A stretch of DNA of 63,654 nucleotides, counting the filler, from Reticulomyxa filosa (lineage: Eukaryota; Protista; Foraminifera): NCBI GenBank assembly GCA_000512085.1. It is 19 parts of 19 records of this genome, joined end to end, with 100 filler letters (N's around TTAATTAATTAA, not from the genome) between each part and the next. Parts side by side here need not be neighbours in the genome. Positions count along the whole stretch, not along the records: positions 48,695 to 50,775 come from ASPP01002452.1; positions 50,876 to 52,170 come from ASPP01021820.1; positions 52,271 to 53,300 come from ASPP01041548.1; positions 53,401 to 58,360 come from ASPP01028962.1; positions 58,461 to 63,654 come from ASPP01017201.1; 14 more parts are not named here. One strand, 5' to 3'. Positions 49,500 to 62,677 of the stretch are shown piece by piece. Both the position numbers and the translations under genes were made by a program. The notes beneath the pieces were generated by a model, which saw nothing but the letters and a program-made list of their open reading frames with translations, had not been told where the DNA came from and searched no databases. Each line of letters opens with the position of its first letter. Position 1 is the stretch's first letter.

Positions 49500-50875
49500 T
49501 TCTTTTCTTCTTTCTTATGTAAGTTGGCCAAAAGTAGATTATTAAACGAATCCCAGAAGAGCAAAAAGAAAAAGGGACAGGCATACATTAAACTACTTTT
49601 TTAAAAATGCTTCTGCAAAAAAAAAACAAGCAACTTGTTTACAAATATCAATTAAGTTTATAGCGAAAGATTTTCTTTTGTTTTCTCTAGTCTACTATTA
49701 CTGTCTTTACTTTTTTTAAACCCAATGACAACTAATTGGAAAGTTCAAAATTTTTTCAACGCCAAACAATACAATTTAAGAGCAAGCCATTACAGTGGCT
49801 AGGAATTTTCTCACATCTCATTTGACTATAAAATCATGTTTACAAAATATTTAAAACAACTTATTGCCCTTTCGTTCAATATTTTATTTGTTTTAGTAAA
49901 ATGGGCTGAGTCCTCACAATTTACTAAAATTTTCAAAAAATGAAAAAAAACATTAACGCTTTTTCTGGTTTCTACACATTTATTAAAACCAAACACACTT
50001 TTGGATTCTCCAAGATGCCTAGATATTATTTTTAAAAAATTTTGAAAAAAAAACGATTTTTCAATAAGCTTATAGTGATTCATTTTATGAGGATTTTTTT
50101 TGCCGTTAATTGTAATCCTAATTTTTAAAATACATGTTCTAAGTGATAAAAATTCATTTTTTCATATGACTTAGTAAATTTTGCAGAAAAATGATTATTA
50201 TTTGCTTGTGTTGTTGTGGTGAAAATTTTAAATCTTTGTACGTTTTTGAAACTTTACATCACATGGACATCTTAAAAAAAATTATACGTTTCCAAAAACA
50301 AATTTAAAAAAAAAAAGTAGTATTAAAAAAATTAGTGTGAAATGTTTGTTTTTCAAAGAGAAAATCTATTATCTTCATAAAATGGTGTGAGTTGTTTGAA
50401 AACTATTTTACTTGAACACGATATATCGTGAAATCTTTTAAAACGGAAAGTAAAATTTTTTTTAAAGATATGACAACATTATAATTTGTTGTATATTTTA
50501 ATGTCATGGAACTGTATATAAGTATCAATATTTGAAACAGTAGTTCTTTTATTTTTATAGTATCATGTTTTTTTCTTTTTTTTTTCTTTTAATGAAATAT
50601 AGACTATTGGACTGTCCAGATAATAATATGCTTATTATTATGTGACTTTCTTTCAAGCAATTTAATTTATGGGATTTCAAAAAGTAAAATTGAAGAACGA
50701 CTTTGAGTATCGCACAGCAGACAATACATATAATTGTAGGGCAAGGCCCTATAAATATCTGAACGTTGAAGGAACNNNNNNNNNNNNNNNNNNNNNNNNN
50801 NNNNNNNNNNNNNNNNNNNTTAATTAATTAANNNNNNNNNNNNNNNNNNNNNNNNNNNNNNNNNNNNNNNNNNNN

Positions 50876-51413
50876 TTGCAACCCTCGGAGGCCATTTGGC
50901 TGCGACTCAATACCAAAACACCGGGCTTTGCCAGATTTCAGCATACGTATCCCACATACTTGGATTTAACCTATCAAACGCGCTTTGGACATCACTTCGC
51001 CTTGCCTGCTGCTTACACAAGGCTACTCTTGGATTGCATGGAGGGAGATCAGTCTCTCTTCGTTCGTGACGATGAACTCAGAGAGGCTTGGAGAATCGTC
51101 ACACCTGTTCTTCGCTTTTTGCAAAGACCTTCTTTTCAACCTCCCATTTATCCTAGGTTTTTTTATTTGTTTCTTTGTTTATTTGCTTTGGTTTGGCTCT
51201 ATTTTTTTTGTTTTGTGTTGTGCATGGGGTTAATATAGGGGTAGTCGTGGTCCTCCTGAAGCTGATGAAATGGCACTCAATTTTGGGTTTTTGAGGAGCT
51301 CTGAACTTTTGGTTGATGCTGCGGAAAAAACCTCCTCCACAAAGTCCTCTCTCCAACGGGTCTCTGAAAGCACTTGGAGGTTGAAAAAAAGCACTATCAA
51401 AAGTCCATTGTAG
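50876..51413 (+). CDS. G6PD: Glucose-6-phosphate 1-dehydrogenase, C-terminal two exons
   Basis: LQPSEAIWL..TKTPG, LDLTY, AYTRLLLDCMEGDQSLFVRDDELREAWRIVTP, Y.|GSRGPPEAD. Confidence 0.95.
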
Positions 51414-51900
51414 CATTCCCACAAAAACTGTAAAATACAATCAAACTTTATGCAAATTTTAATTGGTTAAATATCTCAACTTTAGCAAAGCAAACAAATC
51501 AATTTTTTTTTAGTACCCTCTCAAGGGATACGATGTATTTGCATTTCGAGGGGAGTTTCTCATTGACTCCGAAATTGTCACTCCTGTTTGTTTTCGATCA
51601 TTCAACGAGTTTCATGATCTTCTGCAAACAATGTCTATTTAATTAGTAACCGTTAATTATTTTTTTCTAACATAGAAGAACCAAAAAATGCTTTGCACAA
51701 CGTATTTTACTATACTATATAGTAATCAGATTCACATTGAAATGGTTATCAAAACTTCTTCACATTTTCTCAAAAATTTTTCTTCAAAAAAAAAAAGCGA
51801 AGGCATTGTTCCTAACATGCTAAATTCGAACTTTTTTTTTTCACATTTGTCAAAAAAAAAAGGACAACTTTGCAAACAAAAGAAAAATGGAAAAGATGCA

Positions 51901-52170
51901 ATGAAAAGGAAAAAGTGTCCATTGGAAAAAGCAACAGAAAAAAGAAAAAAATCACAAGTGGTATCGTTTGATAGTGGAAGAGAAGTCAGAGTGTATGTCA
52001 TTACCCGACTGAAGAGAAGCCCAGGAAGTGAGAAAGCAGCGAAAGAAGTTGAAAAAGTTCAAGACGAAGACAGTGATGGAAAGTGCGTCGAATCCGGGTG
52101 CGCCGTTGGTAACGAGAATGAGAGCGGCGAGAGAAAAGGGGATATTGATGAAGCAACACCACATCCAAGA
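51901..52170 (+). CDS. Hypothetical protein 5' end
   Basis: Purine-rich ORF from ATG 51901 running into the spacer. Confidence 0.35.
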
Positions 52171-52270
52171 NNNNNNNNNNNNNNNNNNNNNNNNNNNNNN
52201 NNNNNNNNNNNNNNTTAATTAATTAANNNNNNNNNNNNNNNNNNNNNNNNNNNNNNNNNNNNNNNNNNNN

Positions 52271-52612
52271 GTTCGTTTGTGGGATATTCGATCTGGTGAA
52301 CAAATTCAAGTTTTTAATGGACATACAAGTTGTGTTAGTGCTGTTGAATACTCACCATTTATAATAAAGGATAGTATTGGTAATTCAAATGTGATATGTT
52401 CTGGATCAGATGATAATACAATTCGTTTTTGGGATATTCGATCAAATAAGAATGAATTGTATATGATCAAAGGAGATGATAAAGAAGATGATGGAATATT
52501 GTGTCTTAAATTTGTTGTATTGAAAAAGAAAGAGAAGACAATGAATGTTACATATGATTTGAGTTTGTGCTATTGCTCATGCAGTGGTTCAATTTATATT
52601 TGGGGTAATTGA
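52271..52612 (+). CDS. WD40-repeat protein, expanded family, C-terminal part
   Basis: VRLWDIRSGEQIQVFNGH...ICSGSDDNTIRFWDIRSNK...SIYIWGN*, close paralog of 47866-48594. Confidence 0.95.
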   Translation, partial: VRLWDIRSGEQIQVFNGHTSCVSAVEYSPFIIKDSIGNSNVICSGSDDNTIRFWDIRSNKNELYMIKGDDKEDDGILCLKFVVLKKKEKTMNVTYDLSLCYCSCSGSIYIWGN

Positions 52613-53444
52613 CTTTTTATTGAACAAAAAATGAAAATATTTTGTTTGAAAAGTTTGATTTAGACAAAATTATTGTGATATTAAATTTGATTGATTTGAT
52701 TGAATCAAGCATTGAAAGATGCGTTTTATTTTACTTTGTTTTTTAAAAAAATTTAAAAAGCGACGTTCATTTTTTTTTTTGAAGAATTCAAAAGCATAAT
52801 AAATAAAAATTGTATCAAAATATGAAACAAATTGCAAAATATTTTAAGTTTTTTTTTATAGTATTGAACACGATTGTCTTTGTTATGATTCATGACATAA
52901 ATTCTTTCTATTTTGAATTAATATCATTTAAAAACTTAAAATATTATTAAATTTTTTGAAAGAATACAACAATAGATATAAAAGATGGAAAGGCGTTTTA
53001 AATTTGAAAGGCAGGCAGCAAAGTAAGAACAGTTGTTTTTGATCAATGAATGTCCTTTGAAATGGGTTAGATTAATCCTTATAAAAATCTTGCTCCAACC
53101 GATTAAAAAGAAATTATTTGTAGAGCCTATTAAATGATTTTGACTCCAAGTATGTTTGCATTTTTAAAAAGTGCTGCCTTTTTTTGTTAAGATATTACCC
53201 GCTTTCTTTGTGGGCCGTTTCTTTTGCATCAGTTGTTTCATTATTATTTGTTTGTTTGGCACAATTTAGAATTTTTGAGTGTCCTAGCTTTTTTTTTTTT
53301 NNNNNNNNNNNNNNNNNNNNNNNNNNNNNNNNNNNNNNNNNNNNTTAATTAATTAANNNNNNNNNNNNNNNNNNNNNNNNNNNNNNNNNNNNNNNNNNNN
53401 AAAAAAAAAAAACCCAAAAAAAAAAAAAAAAAAAAAAAAAATAA

Positions 53445-54569
53445 CCATGATAATCAGACATCAGGCATTTAGATAAGCGCTCTTTGCTGTTCCCGACAAT
53501 CTCTCGGATTTGTTTCGGGACATGTGATGCCTCATTGACACATGTACCTACAGTTAATGGATTTTTTTGGTTGGCCGGGGTAGCAGCAATAGTAGCAGTA
53601 CCAGTAGTAGCTGCTGGACTTGTGCAAAATGGCAATACCTGAATGTGTTGTTCCGCCAATTCAATACCTTTGCCTTGGCCACACACAGCAACATTGGTTC
53701 CTTCGCTGCTTTGTATCCGCTCTATCTTATGCTCCATACACGCACAGGGCGACATTGTTGTACTTATCGGCGCCTTTAGAGAAATTTTATATATGTATTG
53801 TATATATACATATATGTATATCTTGTGCACACACACATACATTATTAAATATATAGTTTTTTTCCCCTCTTATTTTCTTTTCCTTTTCCCTCTTCATGGT
53901 GTGTACATTAAATCACCAATCAATCGCTTTATGTATGCGTTTCTTAAAAAAAAAAACCCACACATACATACATATATATGATACATATATACATACATAA
54001 GGTTACACACAAACTTACTTGCGATGCACCACCAACTTGAAAGGTCAGAGGTGGAACAATGGTCGGTGGGTGACACGGAGGTGTACGGGGCGCTTCAGTG
54101 ACGACCACAATATTTTTTTGCCTCCAGGGAAAACATGTGCTCGGCAGAAGCAAAAATCGCTCTCCATTCGTCTTGTCCAAATTCGCAGCACATTGTGTCA
54201 CTTGCTCAAGTACCTCAACGGAACGGACCACAACAAACATTTGGATAGGCTCTTTATAAAACTAGTGCCAGGCACTCGTCACAGTCGTTGCTTTATCTTT
54301 ATTTTTTTTCTATATTGAAATTTCTTTCAAAGATGTGCTTTTTTATGTTCTTTTGGAATGGTATATATCTGACTTTTTGGCTTTATTTTTCCTTCCCTCT
54401 TGGAAAACTATGTTCAAAGGTAGCTTTTCCTCTGTAAAAAAACTCCACCAACTACCTTGGCCGTTCAACAAAATAATGAATACGTCTCAAGCAATTGTTC
54501 CTTAGGCTGACAGTTTAAACGAAGCAAAGTTGTTTGATTATGTAATTTCTGAATTTTTTTATTTGCCAT
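53445..54569 (-). CDS. Hypothetical protein (exons, frameshifted)
   Basis: Coding-like segments (YKEPIQMFVVVRSVEV...GGASQ|GTAAGT; APISTTMSPC...) with apparent homopolymer indels. Confidence 0.35.
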
Positions 54570-54999
54570 CTTTACGATCACTTTGATGATGAAATCAACA
54601 AGCTAGTGTCTTGATTGTGGCCTGGGGATTGATATAAGCTGCAAAAAAGTCCGGACGTTATTTTGCAAGGTGCACGCTAAACACAACTAGTCACAAGATT
54701 GTAGACTGACACATCCTCTAAAAAAACTCTATTATTCTTTGTTGCAAAGTGTGTATATGGAATATACAAAAGTAAAATTTTCTTGGAGTGACTACAAATA
54801 ATGTTATTGTTGAAGCATGTGGGACGAAAAAGTTGGTAAACATAATATGATACTGTTTTTTTTTTGGCCAAAATAAAACAAATAAAGAAAAAAAAAAAGT
54901 AAAGTTCTTTTCAATAAAAATGTGAGAGTTGAATGATGATTGTTGTAGACACCCAAATAAAGGAAATACAAAAGACAGTTACAATTTTGACTACGTATA

Positions 55000-57269
55000 C
55001 AAGCATGATGAAACGAGTGCCGAAAGATGTGTATATATGTCCAAAAACAACACATGGCTAAGAAATGAGGGACTACAGTTTTGTTGTGCATGATAACATA
55101 AATAAATAAATAAATAAAAAATCACAGTTGAAAGGCAGGAACAAACAAGCCGACAGTGCAGTCTCCAGAGCCAGCAATAAACATTCCTTTTGGTAGACGA
55201 GTGTCATTTGCAGACTTGAGGCCCCGCAAACTAGAAATGGTGGAATTGCCACTAAACTGAGTGCGGACAACAATATTTTCAATTTCGATGTTGATATAAT
55301 CCAAGATGACCGTACATACAAAGTGGTTCAAAGTAGTGCCCTTGAAAGGAGCACTAGCCCACTCTTGTGCGTGTTGCGTAAGCACGTGCAATATTTCGTC
55401 GTATTTTTTGAGTTGTCCCAAGTGAATCCCATAAAAGTGGACATCGCAATTGTTGCCAGTGTAAATGCAAGTTTGATTATCATTGAGCCAAGACATGTCA
55501 AATAAATGATCACTGGAGTCAGTCGTGCAAGTATCGTAAAGTAGTTGATAGCAAAAGTTTGTTTGCCAACTTGACTCATTCGAAGAAGAGGTAACTAAGT
55601 CACTGTTTGATCTCGATTCCATTTGATTCCGATATATCAAAATTTTTCCTCTTTCTAGTGCGACACTTAAGTACATACCGTTTGAAGAAAACGAAATAGC
55701 ATCGATGCAACGAGGAAACGATAATGTTTGTCCAGTATTTGGTTTATCTTTTTTTTTTTTTTTTAATATTTAAAAAAAAGTACAATTTTGTTTAAAACCT
55801 CTTTCATCTAACACTCCTTACATATGCATGTATATAAATATATGTACATATATGTTTATATATAGATATGTGTATGTACACAAGTATAATACGTACCATA
55901 CTCATCAATGTAATTAATATATACTTGCTTGTTCTGACCTCCTAATGCAATGATAACTCTGGGCACATGAGCACGGGCGTCATGGCAAGCTGATGACGTA
56001 CTGTATTCAAAATAGCAATCAAAGTAGTTGTCTTGCGAAATCATCCAATGGGATTCCCATATCACCTTTTTCAATTCACAATCGTAACATCGTATATTTT
56101 CCTTTTTATCGAAAAACGTATACACAATACAAGAGTCATCAATCCACTTCAAATTGCATATATTTTTACCATTTTCAATACTCAACATTTTCATGAAATG
56201 TAAGCCATGAGGAATTGAATATATGCTCATACCTGTGCCTAATGCTGACACGGCGATAAATTCTCCTAAAACGCCATACATGCGCGTATATATGTATACG
56301 TTTATGTGCATATGTATGTATACATATTTATTTATTTTTTTTATGTAACGTTTTTGGAGAATCAAGAAAAGAGCAAGAAGGGGGGGAGGACATTGTTAAA
56401 AAAAAAAACACACACACAAACACAGAAAACACAAAAATAAAATAAAAGGCAACACACCATTTGGACTGAATTCAACTGCAGTAATCCATCCATTATCTCG
56501 AATCAATCCACTTGGAACTCGGTCATAAATGCAATCTAATGACGGAGTTATTTCGAATAAGCGTTTTTTCCTTCGAACTGTTTTTTCGTCTTGATAGCTC
56601 TCCTTCAATGCTTTGTGACCCCAGGAATGCACTTTATTCAAATCAATTTCGTAATACAGAATCTTTTATTTTTTTGTTTTGTTTTGTTTTGTTTGTTTTT
56701 TTTTTTTTTGCAACTCTAGATAGGCTCATTTCAAAACATTGGATTAGACTTGGTGTGTATATATGTGTTGAGTCCATTAAAAAAAAAACAACAAAAAACA
56801 AAGTATACACACGCAATAGTTTACACTGCGATTATTGTATTTTTGCTTACATTCCAATCTAAGGAGCATGAAACCTATGTTGCAATATTTTCATCTTAGT
56901 GTTATTTTTCAATTCAACAAAAAAAAAAAAAAAACCAAACATGCGCATCATTCACTTTCTTTGCACGCACTTTGCTTTTTTTCCCTCCCCTCTTTCTTAC
57001 AACGGAAAAACTTACCAGTTGCAATATATTATGGGCCACCTTTATGTCAACGCGCACAACCTTTGTTGTTTTGTTTTTTTGTTCGTTTGTTTTTCTGATC
57101 CTTTCCCCTTTACCTCCTGCCTCAACACGTTACACTTAACTCGACCGTAATGTTTGTCGAAAACTACTTTATAAAATAAATCCTCATTTATGCACTGCAA
57201 TAGTGTTGGAATGGGCTGCTTATCTTTGGATACAAGCTCTCCTTGTTGTTTGGAGGATGAATTTCCCAT
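55000..57269 (-). CDS. Divergent WD40-like propeller protein, possibly starting MGNSSS at 57269
   Basis: WITAVEFSPNG|EFIAVS, IDAISFSSNGMYLSVALERGKILIY, FIAGSGDCTVGLF are WD-blade-like. Linkage of the 5' exons and the 3' end are uncertain. Confidence 0.55.
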
Positions 57270-57685
57270 CACACCCTCTCACCTTTTTTTTTCCCCAGTC
57301 AACGCCGAACAAAATAAAATTGGAGTATCCAAAATTCATTATCTTTCTTAACAATCCATTTGATTTTCAAAAGACTATTTTAAGTAATCCAAATCACTGA
57401 GTTTACAGCTGATTACTTGTGCGTCTTGCCTTCGCCTTGGCTTTTGTAATTTCCAAATAATTTTCTGCAAAAAAAAGGACGTTCAACAGCAACAAAAAAA
57501 TATTATTCTCTGACTAATAATAATATCTTTGTGATAAATTTCATTGAGGGAATAATTTTATTATTTCAGCCAAGTAACAAAAATGGTAATAATTTTCTTA
57601 AGTTTTTAGTTTTGAAGAAAGTGGCTATGTTGGCAAAATTAAAATAAAATAGACGAGTGTAGAAGAACCAACAGAATGGCCTCGA

Positions 57686-58246
57686 GTGCACAGTGGCTCT
57701 TCGTTAGTTCAAACTAAATCGGAAGAAAAAAAGCCAGGAAGAAAGCCGTTGTTTATTGACACAAAATCAGCTCAGTTGCAGCCGAGAATTAAGACAGCAT
57801 TGACACACACGAGTAGTCCACCAACCCATCAAAGATCGCTCACAGCGCAATTTCAGTCACGAACGCCACAGCCAACGGGATATAGTAGTTCTGGCAATTG
57901 GACGAAGCAGCAGTCAGCACAGCTGAATATCCAAGGCATGAGCATGAGTGGGAATGTGAGCATGAATATGAGTATGAATAAGAACATGAGTCACTCCAAT
58001 CATGGATCTCCGATCGTGGAAAACATGAATCATCTGACTCGCAATTTCAACGGGAATGCCAAGACGAACGCGCGAGTGGTGACGCCTGTGAAAAATATTG
58101 AAGCCGCACTCAACGCCTTTATCGGACTCGAAGAAGAAGAAAGCGATGAACCACAAACGCCTGTGGACAAGCATGCCAAAGTTGAACACGAGCTTGACTT
58201 TGGAGGAGACGAAGAAGATTTGTCTGGTTCTGCTACACCACCTTTA
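57686..58246 (+). CDS. Hypothetical disordered protein exon
   Basis: About 190 open codons, S/T/P/N-rich with an acidic end; no family recognised. Confidence 0.5.
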
Positions 58247-58489
58247 GTTTGGTTTTTTTGTTGTTATTTGTTTGTTTGTTTATTTAGGGAAAAAAAAAAA
58301 AAAAAAAAACTCTTACAACAATAAACAATTAAAAAATAAAAACTCCGAAAATAAAACATANNNNNNNNNNNNNNNNNNNNNNNNNNNNNNNNNNNNNNNN
58401 NNNNTTAATTAATTAANNNNNNNNNNNNNNNNNNNNNNNNNNNNNNNNNNNNNNNNNNNNTTTTTTTTTTTTTAATTTTTAAAGTTTTG

Positions 58490-60089
58490 AACACACAAGG
58501 ACAAACCAATGTCATCCAAAGAAAGTATCGGTTCGGGGAGTGGTGGCTTATGGCGATCCGTGCGGGATTTTTCGATGAACAAAGCATTGTCCGAATTGGG
58601 ATCCAAATTGGTGATATGCTCTTTTACAGTCTCAATGTTCTTCAAGCTTTGAGTGATCATTACTTGTTGAATTTCCAAGTACACATTCAACAACTTGTGG
58701 AATACCTTTGCTCTTTCAACCTCTGTTCTTCCATCCATTTCATATGCACACACATATATATATATATACATTTATATATATACATGTATATGTATATGTA
58801 TACACATCTTATAAAAAAAAAAAAAAGCAAGAATTTTCAAAGAAAATTCGACTTTCAAACCAGTGCGTTCCAACTTGTCCAAAATAGAAGAGGTGGACGT
58901 GTCGAATCGAATGCGAAAACTGCGATGGCCGCTGACAGCGGTAATGTATTCATCTAATGCCTCCCGTGACTGCGCTCGCAAATGCGTGCGTTTGTTTTCC
59001 AATGTGATTATATTGTTTTGAGCTTGTGGGATCTGGATGTATATATGTATGTGTGTGTGTGCGTTTTTTTTTTTGTTTTGTTTTTTTTGCTAAGATTACC
59101 TCAAAAGGGGGGGGAAAAAAAAAGGTTCAGTTTGAACTTTATTTCACCACAAACAAATAAATAAAAACCTTGGTTCGCATTTGCTTTTCAGAATAGGTCT
59201 GGAATTTTTGATTTTCAATTTTCAAACTTTGTTCAACGGCCAAAACTTGCTTTTTTTTCTCCTCATAGTTTTGTTGGGCTTTGGCCAGCTGTTTGGATTC
59301 TTTTTCGAGTTGCTTGTGCCAATTGGTCAAATCTGTTAGCAGACTATTGTTTAGTTTTTCAAAGCGCTTTATCTGTTCCGACATCTTTTGTTGGCAAATC
59401 GTGCGAAATTTACAGCCCAATATCTCCTCATTTTTTGACATTGTTTCGATCAGCTCTGTGAATCTCGTCAGTGAAAAGTTCATTGTTCCAATTTCATGTT
59501 GAGCACATGGCAATGTTGAAAATTTTGCCATTGTTTGTGATGTGCTGAATGAATTTTTGGCCGAGTCCTTTTTTTTTTTTTTGTTCGTTTTTTTTTTTTT
59601 AAAAAAAAAAAAGTATGACAAATTATGGCCATTAAAAAAAAAATGCTGTACATATGTATGTATATGTATTTTATACATACATATGACATGCATATGGCAC
59701 ATATACATATCGCAGATAAAACAACAATTCTCAACTTGAAAAAAGTTATGTATCGCTTTCATTGCTTTTTTACTTTCTTCAATCCTCTCGCTAATAGCTC
59801 TTATCCCGTGGGAATCCCATAAATCCTTACTATAGCTTGGCTTAGATTGCTAAGACAAATCACACATTTGCACTTTTTTCAATGTTGTTCGCATCTCTTG
59901 ACCTTCAAGTTTGTTACACGACATTCCCAATTCAGATTTTTTTTTTTGGTTAACACAATCAACAACTTGGAGACGAGCAGGAGGTGGAGACAGCGGGGGC
60001 GACTGTGGAGTTCGTGGGACTTCATCCTTCGCTTCCGTGTTAGGGTCTATGACCGACTGCATTACTGGACTACTCATGAAGTTGAACAT
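58490..60089 (-). CDS. F-BAR (FCH) domain protein, Cdc15/PSTPIP-like (3' truncated)
   Basis: YSKDLWDSHGIRAISERIEESKKAMKAIHNFFQ (FCH start), EIGTM, long coiled coil, ILDKLE..E.ER, and LDPNSDNALFIEKSRTDRHKPPLP (F-BAR terminal motif). Confidence 0.8.
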
Positions 60090-60549
60090 TTGATCAAATC
60101 TTAATGCTTTGCGTTAGAGAGATGATTTACCAACAATCAGAAATCGCCCGCAAAAATCGTCTTTCCCTTGGCGACTTGTTTAGAACTAGCTATCCTTTCA
60201 TTGAATATATATTATTTGTAATTGGTATTGCAAAGGATAAAAGTTCCATTTAATGGACAAAAGTGTTGTATTTCACTCTAGATGTGGATTTATACATCAT
60301 TTGTATCATATTGTCAGTGATTATAAATACGTATCAGCTAAGGCAGTGTGAAAATGGACCCTTTCGTTGTGGAGTGATTTCTTTTAGCTTTCGATAGAGA
60401 AGAATTAATGAAAGTGGAAGCAAAGAAGAAGAAGAAAAAAAGTGAAAGAGTGAAAGCAAACATAAATATAGTCAGACTATTTCAAACAGTACGACAAGCA
60501 GCAATGAATCATATGAAAGAGAAACAACGACGTATCAGTGCAAGACACA

Positions 60550-61260
60550 AGTTGCAATGTAGTGTTATGTGTTTGCAGTTAAACACAACTTTCACTACCA
60601 AAATTAATTATATGAAATATCTGACTGATTGGATATTGGTTGAGTGTTGGTGTTCGTCGCTTTTTTAATGTATTTGATATGATATTGTATGTGCCTCCGA
60701 TGTCACGCCAAAGGTGTATGAAAACACTTCAGCGGTGCAAATTGGTATAACGTCCGTGTTTGCTTGATGGATGAAATTTGTGATATATCACAATTTAATT
60801 GGTCAATACAAGATTTGCTCAAAGTCATTCAAGTTAAAAATCATTTGTTTGTTTTCTCTAGTTACAAGAAAATATATCAAATTTGATTAATGTAAAACGT
60901 ATAGCATCAAAAAGTAGAAAGAGAGAATAATAGCTGCTTGTCAACTTATTACGATGAAAGAGACCTGATTATGTGATCTTCTGTTCAAAATACCATTGGC
61001 ACATATTTAATCAATGATCCACAAAAAACAAGACTACGCGTACCAGTATAGACACATCCAGCAGAAAAAAAAGATCAAGGTATTTTTCAAGAATGGAAAA
61101 GAAAGTACGTTGGCAAGTACACAAACTTAAAGAAAGGACTATTGGAATTTGTGTGAGAACATCGCTCTTGGTTACATATTGTCGATATGTGCATGAAATT
61201 TGATGTGAAATGTGGTGTGATTGCACGAGACAGTTCATTTGTGGCTGTACCAAATTGAGA
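60550..61260 (+). pseudogene. Decayed membrane-protein (7TM-like) relic
   Basis: Hydrophobic fragments (AVQIGITSVFA, ICVRTSLLV) broken by stops and frameshifts. Confidence 0.25.
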
Positions 61261-62259
61261 CGCTGGCAATTGTGGGCCGAAAAAAACTCTCGTTCGAGCT
61301 GATTTAGTTGTCATCACGTGAAGCGTTGGTTATTACTGAACTGCTAAAAAAAAAAGGTTATAGTTGAACGAATCTTTTTTGTGTTATTTAATTTCAATAA
61401 TTTTATCAATTCCTCCAATTGTTTGATATTTTTAAAAATTTTCTGCAAGTTCAAATTCTCTTCAAATTTTGTTTTCCTTTGAAAGGTGTCATTCAAATGT
61501 TGATATGTTAGCTCTTTCTTAAAAAAACTTTCTTTTTGATCTAGAACTTTTTTTTCCCTGTTTGGCATGAAAAGTATTGAAAAATTGTCTGGATCAAATA
61601 TATTGATTAAAGCAATTTATTTTGATAAAATATGTTAATCAAAATTACAAATTACAAATATCTGTTATGTGAAAGTATGATATTGGACTAGTCGTAAAAA
61701 CTCTTTTTTTTCTTTTCTGGCGAGGTTTGGAGTTCTTTAGGACTGGTGTTGCAGATATGACCACGCCGTTTCAATGTTCGCTTCCAAATGACCGTAAGTC
61801 ATTCATCTCAAAATTTGTGTTACTTTGCGAACAAAGTAGAAGTGCAATCTACTTCTGGCCATCTCACTCCACAAGTCAAGCACAAGAGCGATATCGAATA
61901 TATATCACCACAATACTATCCACAATCAAGTCAGCAACAATCACGTCAATACATGACATGCCAACAATTATCACACTAACAACTATCATATCAATTACTA
62001 TCATGCCAACAACTATCGAACATATCGCAAATATCAATACATTCCACCAAATTCGTATGAATCAAATAAAGTGTTTTGCAAACACAAAAATGAAGGTGTC
62101 ACTAGAGATTATGTGCATGCGTATTTCAGTTACTTTATATATATATTTCTTTCAAATAAATAAATAAAAGTGATAGAAGAGTGGAAAAAAGATTTGATAA
62201 GAATGATCATAATATTGTAATTCAATTTCACGTATATAAAAAAAATATGTATATAATAG

Positions 62260-62677
62260 ACAATGACATTAGTGGGGGTCCCAGCATAACGATATGCTCA
62301 AACAAAGGCCGCAATGGCAATATGTACAAAACATCAATGCAAATGCAAGCACAAGAGATGGAATTGTGATCAATCAATCTACCTTAATTCGTCGTGTTGT
62401 CACTGTTGGACTTGTGACAAGAGGCAAGAATTCTTGCTCGGCGATTGGAAATCCAAGTGGAAGTATTGTGGTGATTGTGAAGGCGATCAATATATTTTCG
62501 TCACAAGTTGGTGTCGATATGTTATGCATTGGACACCAGTGTATTGGACTTGTGGGGTATTATCTCAGTTGCATCACACAATGTCCCGTACATAATGAAG
62601 GACAGAGAGGACATATCACAATGACGACTGTGTGCTGCGCAACAAAGAAACGAATGGACAAGTGCACGCAACATTGA
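62260..62677 (+). pseudogene. Coding-like segment of unknown identity
   Basis: GC-richer region with overlapping ORFs in 2-3 frames; no consistent gene model. Confidence 0.25.

Noticed and set aside
563-51413. Alternative genetic code explaining the many in-frame stops
   Set aside because: Conserved genes terminate at TAA (capping protein), TGA (DOLK, G-alpha) and TAG (G6PD) and lack internal stops; stop-rich regions also have frameshifts.
51520-51630. Small hairpin region downstream of G6PD as ncRNA
   Set aside because: Only a short stem; no tRNA, snRNA or snoRNA motifs recognised.
19575-54265. Euplotes-style programmed frameshifting
   Set aside because: No shared AAA-TAR motif, and shifts go in both directions.
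2168-58460. Regularly recurring TTAATTAATTAA palindrome as a repeat, CRISPR or IES-like element
   Set aside because: Always centred in exactly 44+44 N; it is an assembly concatenation linker.
59838-59856. TAG CAA TCT as TMV-like readthrough in the F-BAR gene
   Set aside because: The TAG is more simply an intron acceptor (donor after ...RLQ), and the context misses CARYYA.
62314-62595. Cys/Trp-rich ORF as a toxin or metallothionein
   Set aside because: No signal peptide; likely an alternate frame of a TG-rich sequence overlapping a longer ORF.
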